Positions 1 to 1,983 of a DNA stretch of 1,983 bases are shown piece by piece (position 1 is the first letter of the stretch; every line of letters starts with the position of its first letter). The position numbers and the translations under genes are program-made. This stretch comes from Escherichia coli. Its GTDB lineage: Bacteria; Pseudomonadota; Gammaproteobacteria; Enterobacterales; Enterobacteriaceae. A model generated the notes under the pieces. The model had not been told where the DNA came from, searched no databases, and saw only the letters and a program-made list of their open reading frames with translations. The stretch lies in NCBI RefSeq assembly GCF_044324875.1, contig NZ_CP172192.1; one strand, given 5' to 3'.

Positions 1-33
1 TGCGCGGTCCGACATTCCCACATCCTGTCCCGA
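1..33 (-). repeat. Inverted-repeat arm, proximal 33 bp (reverse complement of 289..321), truncated by the window start
   Basis: Exact 33/33 reverse-complement match to 289..321. Together with 1933..1983 it reconstitutes the full 84-bp arm if the window ends are joined. Confidence 0.95.
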
Positions 34-288
34 AAATTCCCGCCGTTTCTCGGTTTTTTGAGCGTCGCAGACCGCACGACAAACGAAACGAAGTGTAGTT
101 TGTATGAGTGCGCACTTCGTGAGATTCCCCGACTGCCAGTTTGTCGATCGCGCGGAACAGCTGTGGCACGAAAACGGCAGAATGATTTGCTGTCCGGTTG
201 CCAGAACTGCGCGCTTACGTGGAGGGCGGCGCGGCGCAAAAAACTGCCGACATTGCGCCAGTGTTCCGGTGACACAAACCCGCAGAAA

Positions 289-372
289 TCGGGACAGGAT
301 GTGGGAATGTCGGACCGCGCACGCTCGCTCAGACATTCCCCACCTGGTCAGGGCTTCGCCCCGACACCCCGC
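289..372 (+). repeat. 84-bp arm of a perfect inverted repeat (internal copy)
   Basis: Compared by eye base by base: reverse complement of 322..372 equals 1933..1983 and reverse complement of 289..321 equals 1..33, with no mismatches. Identity stops at 373 versus 1932 and at 288 versus 34. Confidence 0.95.
301..343. other. Nested stem-loop inside the repeat arm
   Basis: GTGGGAATGTC (301..311) pairs with GACATTCCCCAC (332..343), one extra C as a bulge, around a 20-nt GC-rich loop. The same structure exists in the other arm across the window junction (1964..1973 with 11..19). Confidence 0.6.
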
Positions 373-513
373 CAACGCCTCACGGCACGCGAAAAAATTC
401 CGCGTACCGCTCACCGTTCTTGAACTCGTCAAACAGAAAATCGCGGGGCCCCGCGCCTCCGGCGTGGGTTCCGATTTTGTGATTGACGACGGCACGGGGA
501 AAACGCTGGGTAT

Positions 514-568
514 GGTGGTTGGTGTCACGGAGTGAGGCCAACCACCTGCAAGACGGTTTTTTGTTGTT
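514..568 (+). other. Stem-loop followed by a T-rich tract
   Basis: GGTGGTTGG (514..522) pairs perfectly with CCAACCACC (538..546) around a 15-nt loop. TTTTTTGTTGTT (557..568) follows after a 10-nt gap. Confidence 0.3.
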
Positions 569-601
569 CACAAAATTGGGGTGAAAGTCTGTGGATGAGA
601 T

Positions 602-634
602 GGGTGTAAGTGGGTGGGGTTGGGAGGTTTTGGG
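602..634 (+). other. G-run cluster fitting a G-quadruplex motif
   Basis: GGG 612..614, GGGG 616..619, GGG 622..624, GGG 632..634 with loops of 1, 2 and 7 nt, plus extra G-runs at 578..581 and 602..604, within a GT-rich stretch 577..640. Confidence 0.3.
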
Positions 635-675
635 TTACTGAAAATCCAGCTCAAAATTCAAGCAAATCTCGCGCG

Positions 676-711
676 CGATCCTTGTATTTATACTTAAGGG
701 ATAACTCTAGG
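676..711 (+). promoter_or_regulatory. AT-rich island with a second nick-site-like motif; alternative dso or rep promoter region
   Basis: CTTGTATTTATACTTAAGGGATAACTCTAGG (681..711) is the only AT-rich stretch in an otherwise GC-rich window. CTTGTAT resembles CTTGATA, and TAAGGGATAACT resembles the TAAGGGTAACT that I recall downstream of the pC194 nick; that recollection is unverified. Confidence 0.2.
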
Positions 712-843
712 ATTCAAATTGGCCTCCAGCCCTTGTCCCGCAAGGCTTGAGGGCACATTTGCTCCGAAATGGGTTTAGAAGTATTCTGTCGGAAGTGGTC
801 GCGTTAAAAGCGACCCCCGCAACGAGGGCAATCGTTCGGGGGC

Positions 844-907
844 GTGACCACCTGTAGAAATTCGAATTAGTGACACGACAACACAGGTGATATGGCAATG
901 ATAACAC
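844..907 (+). promoter_or_regulatory. Candidate double-strand origin (dso) and nick region of the rolling-circle replicon
   Basis: 7-bp stem CACCTGT (849..855) with ACAGGTG (883..889) enclosing a loop that holds the perfect 10-bp palindrome AATTCGAATT (859..868). Immediately 3' are tandem TGATAT (888..893) and TGATAA (899..904), then ATAACAC (901..907). pC194-class origins are nicked at G/A within CTTGATA, and the phiX174 origin, as I recall it, contains TGATATTAATAACAC. Lies 40 to 100 bp upstream of the rep start. Assignment is by motif resemblance only. Confidence 0.35.
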
Positions 908-943
908 GTCAGATGAGCCATCGCCCACAATCGGGTGGTGCGC

Positions 944-1933
944 ATGAAAAACCCTAAACTCCAGTACCTCACTGATTATTCCCCCTCTGACGCGCCCTGG
1001 GACGCACACAGAAGCGTTTCTGACGACGTGGGAGGGATTTACCTGCTTGCGGCCGAATATGAGCGCTACGGGGCTCGTATGGCCTCCTGTGGCGGTTTAC
1101 TGCGTTTCGGGTGGTCTACCCTCAAGGAAACCGGAGAAACGCGTCTGAGGCTGCGTGAGGCGCATTTCTGCCGTGTCCGGCACTGTCCTGTCTGCCAGTG
1201 GAGGCGCTCCCTGATGTGGCAAGCCCGTTTCTACCAGTCCCTGCCGCGTATCGTGGCGGATTACCCTGATGCCCGCTGGATGTTCCTGACCCTGACCGTG
1301 CGCAACTGTGCGATTGGGGAACTGGGCGAGATGCTGAACCGGATGAATGCAGCTTTTCAGCGTATGAAGGTTCGCAAGGAGTTCCTGCCTGTTCAGGGCT
1401 GGATCCGCACAACGGAAGTTACCCGCGGCAGCGACGGCAGCGCGCATCCCCACTTCCACACCCTGATGATGGTGCCGCCCTCAATGCTATCTGGTGACGG
1501 GTACGTAAAACATGCTCGCTGGGTTGAACTCTGGCGGGAGTGCCTGCGGGTCAGTTACAACCCGAATGTTGATGTCCGGGCAGTAAAACCCCGTAAGCCA
1601 AAGGATGGCGAGTCCTTAGCCTGCGCGACCGCTGAACTGGTGCGCGGCGCAGTGGCCGAAACCCTGAAATATTCCACGAAGCCGGCTGACATGGTGGCCG
1701 ATCCTGAATGGTTCCTCGAACTGACCCGCCAGACGCACAAGCGCCGCTTTGTGGCGACCGGCGGCGCACTCAAAGACGTGCTGAAACTCGATCAGGAAAC
1801 CGACGCCGACATGGTGATCGGGGATGATATTTCCGAGGGCGACGATGACGGTTCACGCATCGCGTTCGAGTGGAAAACCGAGGTCAGAAAGTACCGTCGC
1901 TCACCGACGAAAGATAAAACTGAATCAGGCTAG
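944..1933 (+). CDS. rep: Rolling-circle replication initiator protein, HUH endonuclease of the pC194/pUB110 (Rep_1) class
   Basis: 332-codon ORF 935..1933 in the supplied track. Translation carries motif I FLTLT (nt 1283..1297), motif II HPHFH (nt 1445..1459, the HUH metal-binding motif) and motif III ETLKYSTK with Glu four residues before Tyr (Tyr codon 1670..1672), the arrangement known for pC194 RepA. Start is ambiguous: GTG at 935 or 938, or ATG at 944 preceded by GGTGG (934..938) at Shine-Dalgarno spacing; I chose 944. Stop TAG 1931..1933. Confidence 0.9.
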   Translation: MKNPKLQYLTDYSPSDAPWDAHRSVSDDVGGIYLLAAEYERYGARMASCGGLLRFGWSTLKETGETRLRLREAHFCRVRHCPVCQWRRSLMWQARFYQSLPRIVADYPDARWMFLTLTVRNCAIGELGEMLNRMNAAFQRMKVRKEFLPVQGWIRTTEVTRGSDGSAHPHFHTLMMVPPSMLSGDGYVKHARWVELWRECLRVSYNPNVDVRAVKPRKPKDGESLACATAELVRGAVAETLKYSTKPADMVADPEWFLELTRQTHKRRFVATGGALKDVLKLDQETDADMVIGDDISEGDDDGSRIAFEWKTEVRKYRRSPTKDKTESG

Positions 1934-1983
1934 CGGGGTGTCGGGGCGAAGCCCTGACCAGGTGGGGAATGTCTGAGCGAGCG
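1933..1983 (-). repeat. Inverted-repeat arm, distal 51 bp (reverse complement of 322..372), truncated by the window end
   Basis: Exact 51/51 reverse-complement match to 322..372. Begins at the last base of the rep stop codon. Confidence 0.95.

Noticed and set aside
1-372. Insertion sequence or composite transposon bounded by the inverted repeats
   Set aside because: No transposase or recombinase ORF anywhere in the window and no visible target-site duplication. The sequence enclosed between the repeat arms within the window (373..1932) is the rep gene and origin region, not a cargo segment. A non-autonomous MITE-like origin for the 423-bp module remains possible and is listed as a finding.
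58-423. 121-aa + strand ORF
   Set aside because: Runs through the 84-bp inverted-repeat arm and the GC-rich spacer. Arg-rich, low-complexity translation typical of a spurious ORF in GC-rich DNA. No recognisable ribosome-binding site or protein motif.
104-535. 143-aa + strand ORF
   Set aside because: Overlaps the previous ORF in another frame and crosses the repeat arm. Arg/Ala/Gly-rich composition, no motif. Most likely non-coding.
514-568. Rho-independent terminator
   Set aside because: The T-tract is separated from the stem by 10 nt and there is no upstream gene on this strand to terminate. Kept only as a structural hairpin.
380-571. 63-aa - strand ORF with GTG start
   Set aside because: No Shine-Dalgarno sequence upstream (CCCCAATTTT), overlaps the 514..546 hairpin, and the translation has no recognisable features.
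577-640. Iterons (direct-repeat Rep binding sites)
   Set aside because: GGGTG-like units recur but with irregular spacing and sequence, and rolling-circle initiators of this class do not use iterons. Treated as a G-run cluster instead.
707-1009. 100-aa - strand ORF, with nested 65-aa ORF 775..972
   Set aside because: Antisense to the rep start and the candidate origin region. Lies in structured non-coding DNA with no start context.
1283-1297. Tandem CTGACC CTGACC repeat
   Set aside because: It is simply the codons of the conserved FLTLT motif (TTC CTG ACC CTG ACC), not an independent repeat element.
1097-1459. 120-aa and 96-aa - strand ORFs (1097..1459, 1122..1412)
   Set aside because: Entirely antisense to the well-supported rep CDS. 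Open frames opposite a GC-rich gene are expected by chance.
1551-1773. Two 72-aa - strand ORFs (1551..1769, 1555..1773)
   Set aside because: Antisense to rep, no start signals, Arg/Ser-rich low-complexity translation.

Overview
The window is dominated by one gene (944..1933, + strand; the longest ORF begins at GTG 935) encoding a rolling-circle replication initiator of the pC194/pUB110 class (Rep_1-type HUH endonuclease, single catalytic tyrosine). All three signature motifs are readable in the translation: FLTLT, HPHFH and E-x3-Y in ETLKYSTK. The remaining ~1 kb is non-coding and unusually structured. The two ends of the window (1933..1983 followed by 1..33) together form one contiguous 84-bp sequence that is the exact reverse complement of 289..372. 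This suggests the window is a complete ~1.98-kb circular replicon linearised inside one copy of a perfect 84-bp inverted repeat. The two arms bracket a 255-bp spacer, giving a 423-bp palindromic module that starts at the rep stop codon. Upstream of rep there is a hairpin-rich region with tandem TGATA motifs (candidate double-strand origin), an AT-rich island and a G-run cluster. I see no second credible protein gene, no tRNA or rRNA, no CRISPR array and no transposase or integrase. The undescribed element here, if any, is the large perfect palindromic module on a minimal rolling-circle replicon, not a multi-gene system. All functional assignments other than the Rep motifs and the repeats themselves are inference from sequence.
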